DNA of 32,212 bases from a virus (taxonomy: Duplodnaviria; Caudoviricetes): positions 1 through 32,212 of the IMG/VR virus record IMGVR_UViG_3300030372_004043; one strand, 5' to 3'. Below the pieces are notes generated by a model. The model was not told where the DNA came from and made no database searches. It was given only the letters and a program-made list of their open reading frames with translations. Each line of letters opens with the position of its first letter. Within the stretch, counting starts at the first letter, position 1. This document shows, one piece after another, positions 17,066-26,527 of the stretch. Both the position numbers and the translations under genes were made by a program.

Positions 17066-17211
17066 TTCTTTTTATCTTTTTTTACAACTACACAATACTC
17101 GTTTTTTAAATAATCAGGCAAATTCTGTAAATCTCTCTGCGAATACTCGCCTAATCTAACTTTGCTGTGTGGTGGCTTTTGTTCTAAGTATTTTGTTTTA
17201 ACTTTTAACAT
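17062..17211 (-). CDS. 49-aa hypothetical protein (not in ORF track)
   Basis: MLKVKTKYLEQKPPHS...; directly after the late-promoter motif. Confidence 0.6.
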   Translation of the reverse strand: MLKVKTKYLEQKPPHSKVRLGEYSQRDLQNLPDYLKNEYCVVVKKDKKK

Positions 17212-17220
17212 AACTAGTCT

Positions 17221-17251
17221 TTTATTAAATATAAATTAGTAAAAATTGTTT
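17221..17251 (-). promoter_or_regulatory. Putative phage late promoter
   Basis: AAACAA-N13-ATATTTAATAAA, one of four intergenic copies. Confidence 0.7.
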
Positions 17252-17270
17252 CTTTGTGTATAAATATACT

Positions 17271-17310
17271 AAAAAAGAGGACTAACCACTGATCAAGTGT
17301 GCCCTCTTTT
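17271..17310 (-). terminator. Intrinsic terminator after the tail tube gene
   Basis: Minus strand AAAAGAGG...CCTCTTTTTT hairpin. Confidence 0.7.
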
Positions 17311-17335
17311 CTAAAAAAACAGAATATAGTTTTTA

Positions 17336-17929
17336 TTATGCAGGAGTAACCTGTGCTCCTATTGTAATGTTTCCAGGAGTAGAAAGTTGTGCAAAAGGAT
17401 AATTTGCAGTCGTTTCAGTATCACTAGCTGACCATTTTACACAGAACATAGGTTCTTCTTCCTGTGCAGAAATAGATATTGTCATTCCTGACATATCTCC
17501 TCTTGCTGTTCCTGTTACCAATGTTCCACCAGTTACTCTTGCGCCATGTTTCAATCCTAAAACCCATACTTTATTATTCATATCTAATACCCAAACAATT
17601 GTCCGAGCATCGCCAACTTCTTTTAAATATGGTAAACTTTCTACATCTAATTTCTGTAAAACTAAGTCACATGCTTGATCATAAAAAGCAGGTGTTCCTG
17701 CTGTAGCATCACCATTAGCAATAGTTACTGTCATTTGTGAAAGGTTAGGTCTAGTGTCATATTGTTGTAAAGTAGTAGCGGTAACATCATCTATAGTATA
17801 AACATCTGTTAGATCATAAGTGAGTCCTGTCCAATAATCTTTAGACCATGGAGAAAAGTATACTCTTTTTATACCACCTATTGCCTGTTGACAAGATAGT
17901 GTTCTTCCTTTTGTAAGTGTGCAAGCCAT
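17336..17929 (-). CDS. Probable major tail (tube) protein
   Basis: MACTLTKGR...GGIKRVYF, GTARGDMSGMTISISAQE; 197 aa, beta-rich, follows the MCP. Confidence 0.65.
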   Translation of the reverse strand: MACTLTKGRTLSCQQAIGGIKRVYFSPWSKDYWTGLTYDLTDVYTIDDVTATTLQQYDTRPNLSQMTVTIANGDATAGTPAFYDQACDLVLQKLDVESLPYLKEVGDARTIVWVLDMNNKVWVLGLKHGARVTGGTLVTGTARGDMSGMTISISAQEEEPMFCVKWSASDTETTANYPFAQLSTPGNITIGAQVTPA

Positions 17930-17950
17930 TTATTATTATTTTTATGGTTA

Positions 17951-17974
17951 AAGGGTAGCTATTACACTACCCTT
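17951..17974 (-). terminator. Hairpin / weak terminator after the major capsid gene
   Basis: AAGGGTAG-8 nt-CTACCCTT perfect 8-bp stem with a short U-tract. Confidence 0.55.
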
Positions 17975-17988
17975 ACTTATTTAATTTA

Positions 17989-18984
17989 TTATGATTCTTT
18001 GACTACAAAAGTCTCTCCGATAATACCTGCTTGAATACCTGCAGAATATCTCATTGCTATTCTTACATTGTCAGATCCATCAATTGGTGTTCTGTCAATA
18101 ACTCTCACAGAAGTCATATCTGTCATAGTGTTGCAACCAAATACTAAGTTAGATTTTCTTGCAGCAACTATTCTGTCATTCAACATACCTGGACAAACAA
18201 CCATCTCATAACCCATGTAGTTCATTGGTTTTTCATTCACATAGTATTCGTTAATATATCCAACAGATGCTAAGTATTGTTGGTATAATAAAGCTACCTT
18301 AGGAGATACATATAGTGTAAAGTCCTCAGCATCTAAAATTGCAGGTGCTGTAGCCATAATACCACCAGCGTCATTGAAGATAGCATCTAAGTTATCTTTA
18401 ATATTAGTTCCTGTAGTAAAAGCGTGTCCTGAAGCTATTGCATTACCACTTGAAACAATTATACCTGCATTTGTAGCAAAGCCTTCAAACTCTCCTGCAC
18501 TTGCATTATTACCACCCCAAATAGTAGTTTCTATTTTTTGTGCAACCTCATCAGCAATCATACCTAGTAAAAATTCCTCAAATGTTGGTGGAATTCTATC
18601 ATCATAAAGTGAACCTGTAGCAAGAGCTTCCCAATCACTTCTAAACTTACCTTTGCATAGTTCAGTATTGATCATGAATTCTTCTACTGTTAATACTCGC
18701 TCATCAAGTGTAGTTGTTCCGCCTGTGTTCCAGTCGCATGATCCATTTTGTATTAGATCAGCATTAGTAACATTTTTAAGAACCGCCTTGTAAGGGATAT
18801 TCTCTTTAATAGTTATCCAATTGTTTGCAAGTGTTTTACCACTTTTTAAACTTGCACTTAAATAAGGTAGTGCTAATTCTCCTGCATAGCTTGAAGTTAT
18901 AGCAGGGTTAGTTGTTGAGAAAAAATACTTTCTTAATTTAGGATTAATCTCGTTATAGTCGTCTTGAAAATTTTTATTAGCCAT
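17989..18984 (-). CDS. Major capsid protein
   Basis: 331 aa after protease and scaffold; ITSSYAGE, IETTIWGG...FEGF, KSNLVFG, DGSDNVR. Confidence 0.8.
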   Translation of the reverse strand: MANKNFQDDYNEINPKLRKYFFSTTNPAITSSYAGELALPYLSASLKSGKTLANNWITIKENIPYKAVLKNVTNADLIQNGSCDWNTGGTTTLDERVLTVEEFMINTELCKGKFRSDWEALATGSLYDDRIPPTFEEFLLGMIADEVAQKIETTIWGGNNASAGEFEGFATNAGIIVSSGNAIASGHAFTTGTNIKDNLDAIFNDAGGIMATAPAILDAEDFTLYVSPKVALLYQQYLASVGYINEYYVNEKPMNYMGYEMVVCPGMLNDRIVAARKSNLVFGCNTMTDMTSVRVIDRTPIDGSDNVRIAMRYSAGIQAGIIGETFVVKES

Positions 18985-18996
18985 TGGTTTATATAT

Positions 18997-19743
18997 TTAG
19001 ATTCTTGTTATTTTGTTTTGTATCATGAACTGAGCTCTTTCAGATGTTGTCATTTTTAACACATCCTTTCTAGATTGTTTTGCATATAAATCTTTGGGAC
19101 GCTTAGAAAAAGCATAGTCATCTCCTGTTGGGTTAACTGTCACTCCCTGTTCTGCAGGTGTGTTTTCTATGTTAGTCAATTTGGTTTCCAATTCATCAAT
19201 TCTAGTCATTAATTCTCCAACTATTGATGACATTTCTGTCTTTTCCATTTCCTCAACTTCCTCTGTTTCTTCTTCATAAGCATTATCAACAGCGTCCTCA
19301 ACTTTTTCAGCCATGTGATCAACTATTTCTTGTGCAATTTCTTTTGCTACCTCAGTTGTTACTTCATCAGGTGTAGCACTATCTATTTTTTCAGCAACTT
19401 CATCAACAACTGTTGAATCAGCAACTTCTTCTACTACTTCTTCTTCGTTCATTTCTTCTACAACTTCTTCCTCAGCAACTTCGCCATATTGTGAAACTAT
19501 ACCATTTTCTCCAACAACTAATGCTGTTCCATCTTCTAATGTGTAATTACCAACCTCTAATGGGTATGCAACACCATCATCTTCTAATACTTTCACAGCT
19601 ACACCTACAGCTATTGCCTCATCTTCTGTTGCAATTAATCTACCATCATCTAGTTTGCTTTCTGCATAGAATTTTACTTTATATTCTTTGTTCTTAGTTA
19701 CTTTTCCAAGTAGAGTTTGTATTTTTTCAATAGTTGTAGCCAT
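18997..19743 (-). CDS. Capsid scaffolding protein
   Basis: Very acidic with coiled coil, between protease and MCP. Confidence 0.7.
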   Translation of the reverse strand: MATTIEKIQTLLGKVTKNKEYKVKFYAESKLDDGRLIATEDEAIAVGVAVKVLEDDGVAYPLEVGNYTLEDGTALVVGENGIVSQYGEVAEEEVVEEMNEEEVVEEVADSTVVDEVAEKIDSATPDEVTTEVAKEIAQEIVDHMAEKVEDAVDNAYEEETEEVEEMEKTEMSSIVGELMTRIDELETKLTNIENTPAEQGVTVNPTGDDYAFSKRPKDLYAKQSRKDVLKMTTSERAQFMIQNKITRI

Positions 19744-19753
19744 TTCTTATAGT

Positions 19754-19785
19754 TTTATTAAATATGATTAGTAATTTTTTTGTTT
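19754..19785 (-). promoter_or_regulatory. Putative phage late promoter
   Basis: AAACAA-N14-ATATTTAATAAA upstream of the scaffold gene. Confidence 0.7.
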
Positions 19786-19790
19786 ATTCC

Positions 19791-20810
19791 TTATCTGTTA
19801 GATTTTAATTCTCGGCATATACAATCTGCAAGGTATCTATCTTTGCATTTACCCTCTTTTCCTAGTGTCTTATAGCCGTATTTCTTTCTCATGTCTCTTA
19901 TACACTCATTTAGGTCATATCGTTTTAGAGCTGTTGTATTCGCATAAGATACATACTTTAACATCTTATACTTTTTTTTCATTTTTTTCTTTTTATAACC
20001 AAACTCATCTTCTACATACTCAACCATTGTTGCAGTAGAATGATCATTGCAAGGCATATATAATTTCTCGCCATTAATACTATGATCATGATAACCTTTA
20101 CAACCTTTTACTGTTGTTGCATATAACTCAGCTTCTTCTTTTGTTTTGAATAAAGGTTCTCCGTCCATTTCTGCAACAGGCATAAGTTCTTCCATTAAGA
20201 TTTTACCTATTTTTTTCAATGTGTATTTATCCAAACAATCAGGGCAATCTTCTGTTAGTGGTATAATTTCTTTTGACATTTCCTCAATACGATCTACAAA
20301 ATATCCCTCTATACTAAAACCTCTTACCTCATTGTTTTTTACTTTGTTCCAGACTTCATCATTGTCAACTTTCATTTTAACAAACCAAGTGCCTACAGGC
20401 ATTTTAAAACCATACATATTTGACTTGTCATATTTTTTATCTTCACTAATCCAACTCTCAACAACTGACAATCCCTCTATATCTACGGTATGCTCATAGG
20501 TAGCATTATTTCCGTTTAAGTTTTTCATAAACAATTGCTCTGCCTTTTCTATTGTTTCTGCAGTAAAATATACCTCATATTCTTCTCCTGCCTCAGCATC
20601 ATATCTTGGTATCTTTTTTTCAGGTATTAATACTGCACCTACAAGTATTCTTTTTTCCTCATCTATTTTTGCTAAAGAAAGATAATTGTCATTTGACAAG
20701 TAAACCCAATCTGATTCTATTGCAGGTAATTCGACTAATGATATTGCTTGAACTCCAAACTTGTCTGAGAATTGATCAATTATTAATTCTACTAATTTCT
20801 TTTTGCTCAT
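19791..20810 (-). CDS. XkdF-like prohead serine protease with Cys/His-rich C-terminal extension
   Basis: AISLVELPAIE, TYEH, VESWI, GTWFV, VRGFSIEG. Confidence 0.82.
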   Translation of the reverse strand: MSKKKLVELIIDQFSDKFGVQAISLVELPAIESDWVYLSNDNYLSLAKIDEEKRILVGAVLIPEKKIPRYDAEAGEEYEVYFTAETIEKAEQLFMKNLNGNNATYEHTVDIEGLSVVESWISEDKKYDKSNMYGFKMPVGTWFVKMKVDNDEVWNKVKNNEVRGFSIEGYFVDRIEEMSKEIIPLTEDCPDCLDKYTLKKIGKILMEELMPVAEMDGEPLFKTKEEAELYATTVKGCKGYHDHSINGEKLYMPCNDHSTATMVEYVEDEFGYKKKKMKKKYKMLKYVSYANTTALKRYDLNECIRDMRKKYGYKTLGKEGKCKDRYLADCICRELKSNR

Positions 20811-20821
20811 TGTTTAGTTGT

Positions 20822-20852
20822 TTTATTAAATATAATTTTTTGCATATTGTTT
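20822..20852 (-). promoter_or_regulatory. Putative phage late promoter
   Basis: AAACAA-N13-ATATTTAATAAA upstream of the protease gene. Confidence 0.7.
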
Positions 20853-20864
20853 ATAAGTGTGTAT

Positions 20865-22913
20865 TTATAAAGTTGCTTGGAATTCTAATTCTTGGTTTAA
20901 TGTTTGTGCGCTTGTTATATCATTTTCTACTACAAACGCCTGAACTGGTGCAGGTTGGGTAGTGTCATCAACATTTTGCGGTAATAAAGCATCGGGATTG
21001 AATACAGGTGCTTGTGTTTGTCCACCTGCTGTGCTTTGTGTGTCAGGTGCAGGGTTATCTCCACCACCACCACCAGGAACTTGATTTAATATAGCATAAC
21101 CTTGAGCAAAACTTCCAATAGCTAATGCGATCATACTTGCAACAAAACCTGGTGCAGAAAATACCGCTCCGGGTCCAGTTGCTGTTGCACTCGCCATTGC
21201 ACCTGCTATACCACTAGATACTGCACTTGCTGTGTCTAATAATAACTTGAACATTGCTATTCTTTTTTCTCTCTTAACAGCTCTTTCTTCTATTTTTTCT
21301 TTGTCTTTATTATATTGTTCTTCACTCATTTTTCCATCTGCGTATGCTTGATCTAATGCGTCCATTTCTTTTTGAGTTGCAGTTGCACCTATGCTATCAA
21401 TTGATGACAAAATGCTACTTGCTGTTGCTAATCTCATTTGCACCATCTGATCTACCTTATCTGCCTCAATAGCCAATTCTGCATTAGCTAATTCTTCTGT
21501 TGCTGACAAGACACCTTGATTATAGTTATATAAAGCAATATCTTGCATTTCTCGGTATTCTTCTTCTGATATTTGACCTTGATTTCTTGCTCTTTCAATT
21601 ATTGCAGTTTCATTAGCAAATCTTTCTTCTAAGGCATATAATTCTTGGTCTAACATAGACATATAACTTAACCTTAACTCATCATAATTCTCAGCTACTT
21701 CTTGTTGATACTCTCTCCTTTTTCTTGCGTTTTCTTTTATTTGTTCTGCCTCTTTTTCTAATGCCTCTTCTTTTTCTTTTTGTCTCGCCATTTCTTCATC
21801 ATGCAACCTTTTATCTTCCATTGCCTGTTGCTGTTTAATGGAATTAAGTTTTACATTTATAGCTATTTGTTTCTGTGCTGATTCTTGCCTAATGTTAGCA
21901 AGTGCGATCATTAATTCTGCCTCTTTGTCGAAATCTTCTTCTGTGCTTTCAGCTAATGACATTCTTTCTTGATGTATTCTTAATTCTTCCTCTGCATTAG
22001 CAACTCTTTTTTGCATTAAATCATCTTCAATGTCAAATGCTTTTTGTGCCGCATCAATTCTTTCTTCTTGACTTTTAGTTATATCTTCAGCTATCAATCT
22101 CAATTGAGCAACTTGTGCTCTTTGTTGAGCAAATTCTACATTCAATTCCCTATTACTATCTTTTAAGGCATTTGCTCTATTTTCTAACTCTCTATATGCT
22201 TGTGCTGTTGAGTGTATAGCACCTGCATACTCTAACACATCATCTGCTTTTAATCCTGTGCTAAATTGAAACACTGCTTTAGTTGCATCTTCTACTCCCT
22301 CTTTTACAGCTGAAAAATCCATGGTGGCTATACCTTTCAATACTTTACCAACAGCTTTACCCATTTCTACAACACTCATAAATCTATTTATGATGTTATT
22401 TAAAATTGCTTTTCCTAAATCTTGTAAAGCACCAAGAGGGTTTTTAAATAACTTTACCATAAATTCACCTATGACAATAACTGAATCCATTATTTTGTCA
22501 AATGCACCACCTAAAAAACCTAATGCTGTTCTTAATTCCTCAGAACCTCTTTTTGTGTTTGAAAAATATGATACTAAACCACCAATAGCTACAACAAAGG
22601 CACCAATACCTGTAGAGATCAAACCTGCTTTAACACTTGAGAATGCTAATTTTGCAGTTTTTCCCATTGTAAGAAAAGATTTTTTAACTCCATTAACTGT
22701 AAGTCCAAAAAGACCCATAGAACCTATTAAATCTTCATTTTCTTTTTGTTGGTTTTTTGCTTGTTTTGCTCTTTCGTCTGCTTGTTTTTTTTGTTTCTTT
22801 TTAAGATCATCAGTAGATTTACCAACTTTCTTTACACCATCATCTACATTCTTCAATCCTTTTTCTGCCTTTGCAGTATCCATTCCTATTTCATAAGTTA
22901 TCTTTTTCGCCAT
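20865..22913 (-). CDS. Tail tape measure protein
   Basis: Long Ala/Glu-rich helical protein; LISTGIGAFVVAIG and C-terminal hydrophobic segments; likely start MAKKITY. Confidence 0.82.
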   Translation of the reverse strand: MAKKITYEIGMDTAKAEKGLKNVDDGVKKVGKSTDDLKKKQKKQADERAKQAKNQQKENEDLIGSMGLFGLTVNGVKKSFLTMGKTAKLAFSSVKAGLISTGIGAFVVAIGGLVSYFSNTKRGSEELRTALGFLGGAFDKIMDSVIVIGEFMVKLFKNPLGALQDLGKAILNNIINRFMSVVEMGKAVGKVLKGIATMDFSAVKEGVEDATKAVFQFSTGLKADDVLEYAGAIHSTAQAYRELENRANALKDSNRELNVEFAQQRAQVAQLRLIAEDITKSQEERIDAAQKAFDIEDDLMQKRVANAEEELRIHQERMSLAESTEEDFDKEAELMIALANIRQESAQKQIAINVKLNSIKQQQAMEDKRLHDEEMARQKEKEEALEKEAEQIKENARKRREYQQEVAENYDELRLSYMSMLDQELYALEERFANETAIIERARNQGQISEEEYREMQDIALYNYNQGVLSATEELANAELAIEADKVDQMVQMRLATASSILSSIDSIGATATQKEMDALDQAYADGKMSEEQYNKDKEKIEERAVKREKRIAMFKLLLDTASAVSSGIAGAMASATATGPGAVFSAPGFVASMIALAIGSFAQGYAILNQVPGGGGGDNPAPDTQSTAGGQTQAPVFNPDALLPQNVDDTTQPAPVQAFVVENDITSAQTLNQELEFQATL

Positions 22914-23104
22914 AGTATTTGCTTTATATTGTGAATAAATTTCTTCCAACTAGTATGCTTTTCATACTTTCCATATAATATGTCTATAAATTCATTACCA
23001 TATCTTTTTTTAAGTCCTATCAATTTTACTTGTTTGGGTATCGTGTCGCAGGTAACATTTATATACTTTGGTATTTCGTTTAGATGTATCATAGTTAATT
23101 CCAA
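22898..23104 (-). CDS. Hypothetical protein
   Basis: Coupled between the tail tip gene and the TMP. Confidence 0.6.
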   Translation of the reverse strand: MELTMIHLNEIPKYINVTCDTIPKQVKLIGLKKRYGNEFIDILYGKYEKHTSWKKFIHNIKQILWRKR

Positions 23105-26100
23105 GCTAATTCATTATTATCTTCTAGTAATATATTGTTTCTAACAGTTAAAACAGATTCATATAATGCTAAACCTGTTTGCCCTGCACTCACATTAGAG
23201 TTAAGTATATCTATAGTATTTGCTGTCATTTTTCCTGCCCATTGAACACAAGTATAGTCATCTGCACCTGTTGTAACTACTTTAATGATCAATTGAGGTT
23301 TACCACCACTTAATGATTGATATTCTAAGGCAAATGCAAAAGATAAACTTGACAAGTCACTCTGTATAGTTGTGGTTATATTTCCTGCACCAACTTTAGT
23401 GACAGAAGATTCTGTAATTTTAAAAGCAGTATCAATGTTAAATGTAGCCACTTTTCCTGAATCTACTGCACCATCTACTACAACGCAAGTTATTAGTGCA
23501 TTTACAGCGGTAATTGTTTCTGGATTAATAGTTATAGGTCTTCTAGTGTTTTGTAAACTAATATAACCTATTGCCTGTTTAGTTATACCAACTATGTCAA
23601 ATTCGTTTCTTTCATAATTAAGTTGTGGTGTTGTGTCTTTTTGTGTAATCTCAGTTATTACACCATCTTTGTTTTTAAATTTATAAGAATTGAGTTTATT
23701 TAAGTAATTATTTTGAGTTAATACTTTTATTTTTTTGACATCAAGTCCACCACCATGTATTAAGTTAGTCCCCATAGACATAATTGACATTATGCCTGAT
23801 CCTGTAGGTTGTCCAGGCATCATCTCAGGAACAAGTGGATCATCTGTGCTAGTTATTGTTATATCATTAGGGTCTGAATACTCGCCATAAACTAAACAGA
23901 AAGTAGGATTCAAACTTCCTAATGGTGTTCCACCAAAACATTCACAGCACTCAGGACTCATTAATGCTGTAAAACCACCTGAACCATCTTCTATTTGTAT
24001 GTAATAATCTGCACCAAAAGCTGATCCGCCTACTGTTATTTGGTATTGCAAATTGTCGCATAAATCAGACCAACAAACCATACCATTTAAGTCAGGAGAT
24101 TTTAGCAATGTCATTTTTGTTGATGATGTAGTTCCTGCTTCATAATTGGTTAGTTTTAATACTCTCCAATATGTGCCTTTAAGATATATAATATCTCTAA
24201 AGTCAAAATTAGCTATATCTAATGGTGTTAAGTATATATTTAATTCTAAAATTCTACTATCTTCAGAATACAATTCTTGTATATATTGTTTCCAATACTT
24301 ATTATATAATCCGTTAGGAATGTCGCCTTGATAACCATTAAACATTGGTGTAGCATTCATCCAATCATTTCTATTATAATTCCAAAACAATGTTCTCATC
24401 TGCCCATAGTCATTAGCACTAAAATTAGATGCAGGTAACTCGTAAGCAGAACACAAAGGATAAGTAGTTATTTCTATCATTTCCTGTATTACAGATCCTA
24501 ACTCAGTATATATATTTAGCATATAGATAGGACTATCTAATGTTGTAGGCATTCCATTATAATAGAATAATTTATGAGGAGATTTTTGTTCTTTTATACT
24601 TCCATTGTCATTGTAAGATGCTTGATTATTAAACACAAAGTTAGTTTGGTTAGAATCATAATCGCCTGACTGCCAGCTAGTCATAGCTCTATTAACTAAA
24701 AATGGTGCTAAAACTGGTTTATTTTGATACTCTCCATCTTTTGAAAAAGGATTGCTAAAGTTTTGCTTATAGTGACCCCAAACATTGTAGTTACTCATTT
24801 CTTCTTTAACTACTTTATTTAAAAAATCTTCGCTTTCTTTATCTGTAAAATGAACTCCTTTTTTAACTAAATCTGTTGTAGGTTTTAATAGTAGTTCTTT
24901 TTCATCATCTATCTTCTGATCCCAATTTCTAACCTCTCCTGTTCCTATAAAGTCATTAAAAGGCTCTACATAAAGCAATGAAGGATCTTGTTTGTCTGCA
25001 GATACAACTAAGTTAAATCGTTGTATGATGTCTTTTAAAAAGTCAGATTGTTTTAAATCAGGATTAATACCAGCAGGTGGGTTAACTACTGATTGATCAA
25101 ATGTAGCACCTATTTGCTCAGGCAAAACTGTTATTTCGTATCTATGTCCATTGATTAAAGTATTACCGCCTAATTCAATTATAGGGTATTGATAACCACT
25201 ATCTGAGATTATAGCCATAACTGGTCTATAAGTATTATTTGCATATAATCCTACAGTAGTTGTTATGTTTAAAAATTGATCAGTGAATCCATTAAAATCA
25301 ATGTCAACCATACCTACTGGCATCATAGTATAGTAACCATCACTAAAACCAAAAGCTATCTGTCCTGTTGCATTACCATCTCCTGCATTATAGTGTTCTA
25401 TATATGATGTTATAGATATTTGATATACTCCAGTTACTAGTGGTGTAAACTCATATAAATCAGGAAAATTTGCATTAGCAGAAATCTCTCCACTAGTGAC
25501 AGCAGGACCACTAAAACTTGATGCCGATAAGTAAGGGTCTCCTGTGTCCATAAAACTCCAATTGTCTACTCCCCATATTAAAGGTGCAGTTGGTGCCTCT
25601 GCAGGTGTAGGTGCGATCATGTAGGCATTTCCATTATAGACAGGGTTTAAATCTGCAGGTAATCTTACTGCAGTTTCATCATGATCCATAGTAGTCATAA
25701 ATATCTTTCTAAAATAACCACTATCTAAAAATGTGCTTGACCATCTAAAACCTGCCTTTGCAAATATCTTTTCTAAAATTGTTCTTAATTGTATTGCAGG
25801 TGGTAAATGATACATCCAATTTCTATTACCGCCACTAGTATCGCCAGGTTCTACTTGGTTATTTAACCATTCTGCTGTGTTGTTGCTGTCATATTCGCAC
25901 CTAAAATCTTTACTACCTGTTATTGGGTATATTACTTTATTCACATTTGCAGTAGTATCTCTTAAACTCACTGCACTTGTATTGTTAAAGGTAACCGAAC
26001 CATCTCCTGTCCAAGAATTTTGCACAGCGGTTGGTGTCCAAGTGTGTTTCAAATCATCATCTTCAGTTACTATTGTTGGATCAGTAGCATTAGGTGTAGT

Positions 26101-26526
26101 AAATGCCTCTCTAACTGTTTTACTTCCAACTGCAGTAAATAAAGTCGATACTTTACCTATTACTGCAACATCATAATAACCTGCTTTTTTATAAACTCCT
26201 TGCAATTTTAGATTTCCTGTCAAAACAGGTTGTCCATTTACTAAAATTTGCGCTTCTATTAGTTCGTTTTGTGTGTATATTAACTTTGCTATGTTGACAT
26301 TATACCAATGCTCAAAGAATTGATTGTTAACATCAGACATAGGAAGTTTAAATGTGTGACTAAAATCAGTTTTTCTACTTTCAGGGTTTTTAATATCTTC
26401 AAAATTAAAATTGATCGATATGTTAGGTGCGTCTTGTATGTCTAAATAGTATGGTTTAGGATCATATATAGAATCTGAACTTGTTGCTCTACGATAAGCT
26501 ACTACTTGAATTGTTGGTTTACTCAT
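23095..26526 (-). CDS. Large tail tip/hub protein (probable receptor-binding domains)
   Basis: 1143 aa; FEDIKNPESRKTDFSHTFKLP N-terminus, QSDFLKDIIQRFNL, YWRVLKL, Cys-rich linker. Confidence 0.75.
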   Translation of the reverse strand: MSKPTIQVVAYRRATSSDSIYDPKPYYLDIQDAPNISINFNFEDIKNPESRKTDFSHTFKLPMSDVNNQFFEHWYNVNIAKLIYTQNELIEAQILVNGQPVLTGNLKLQGVYKKAGYYDVAVIGKVSTLFTAVGSKTVREAFTTPNATDPTIVTEDDDLKHTWTPTAVQNSWTGDGSVTFNNTSAVSLRDTTANVNKVIYPITGSKDFRCEYDSNNTAEWLNNQVEPGDTSGGNRNWMYHLPPAIQLRTILEKIFAKAGFRWSSTFLDSGYFRKIFMTTMDHDETAVRLPADLNPVYNGNAYMIAPTPAEAPTAPLIWGVDNWSFMDTGDPYLSASSFSGPAVTSGEISANANFPDLYEFTPLVTGVYQISITSYIEHYNAGDGNATGQIAFGFSDGYYTMMPVGMVDIDFNGFTDQFLNITTTVGLYANNTYRPVMAIISDSGYQYPIIELGGNTLINGHRYEITVLPEQIGATFDQSVVNPPAGINPDLKQSDFLKDIIQRFNLVVSADKQDPSLLYVEPFNDFIGTGEVRNWDQKIDDEKELLLKPTTDLVKKGVHFTDKESEDFLNKVVKEEMSNYNVWGHYKQNFSNPFSKDGEYQNKPVLAPFLVNRAMTSWQSGDYDSNQTNFVFNNQASYNDNGSIKEQKSPHKLFYYNGMPTTLDSPIYMLNIYTELGSVIQEMIEITTYPLCSAYELPASNFSANDYGQMRTLFWNYNRNDWMNATPMFNGYQGDIPNGLYNKYWKQYIQELYSEDSRILELNIYLTPLDIANFDFRDIIYLKGTYWRVLKLTNYEAGTTSSTKMTLLKSPDLNGMVCWSDLCDNLQYQITVGGSAFGADYYIQIEDGSGGFTALMSPECCECFGGTPLGSLNPTFCLVYGEYSDPNDITITSTDDPLVPEMMPGQPTGSGIMSIMSMGTNLIHGGGLDVKKIKVLTQNNYLNKLNSYKFKNKDGVITEITQKDTTPQLNYERNEFDIVGITKQAIGYISLQNTRRPITINPETITAVNALITCVVVDGAVDSGKVATFNIDTAFKITESSVTKVGAGNITTTIQSDLSSLSFAFALEYQSLSGGKPQLIIKVVTTGADDYTCVQWAGKMTANTIDILNSNVSAGQTGLALYESVLTVRNNILLEDNNELAWN

Positions 26527-26527
26527 A

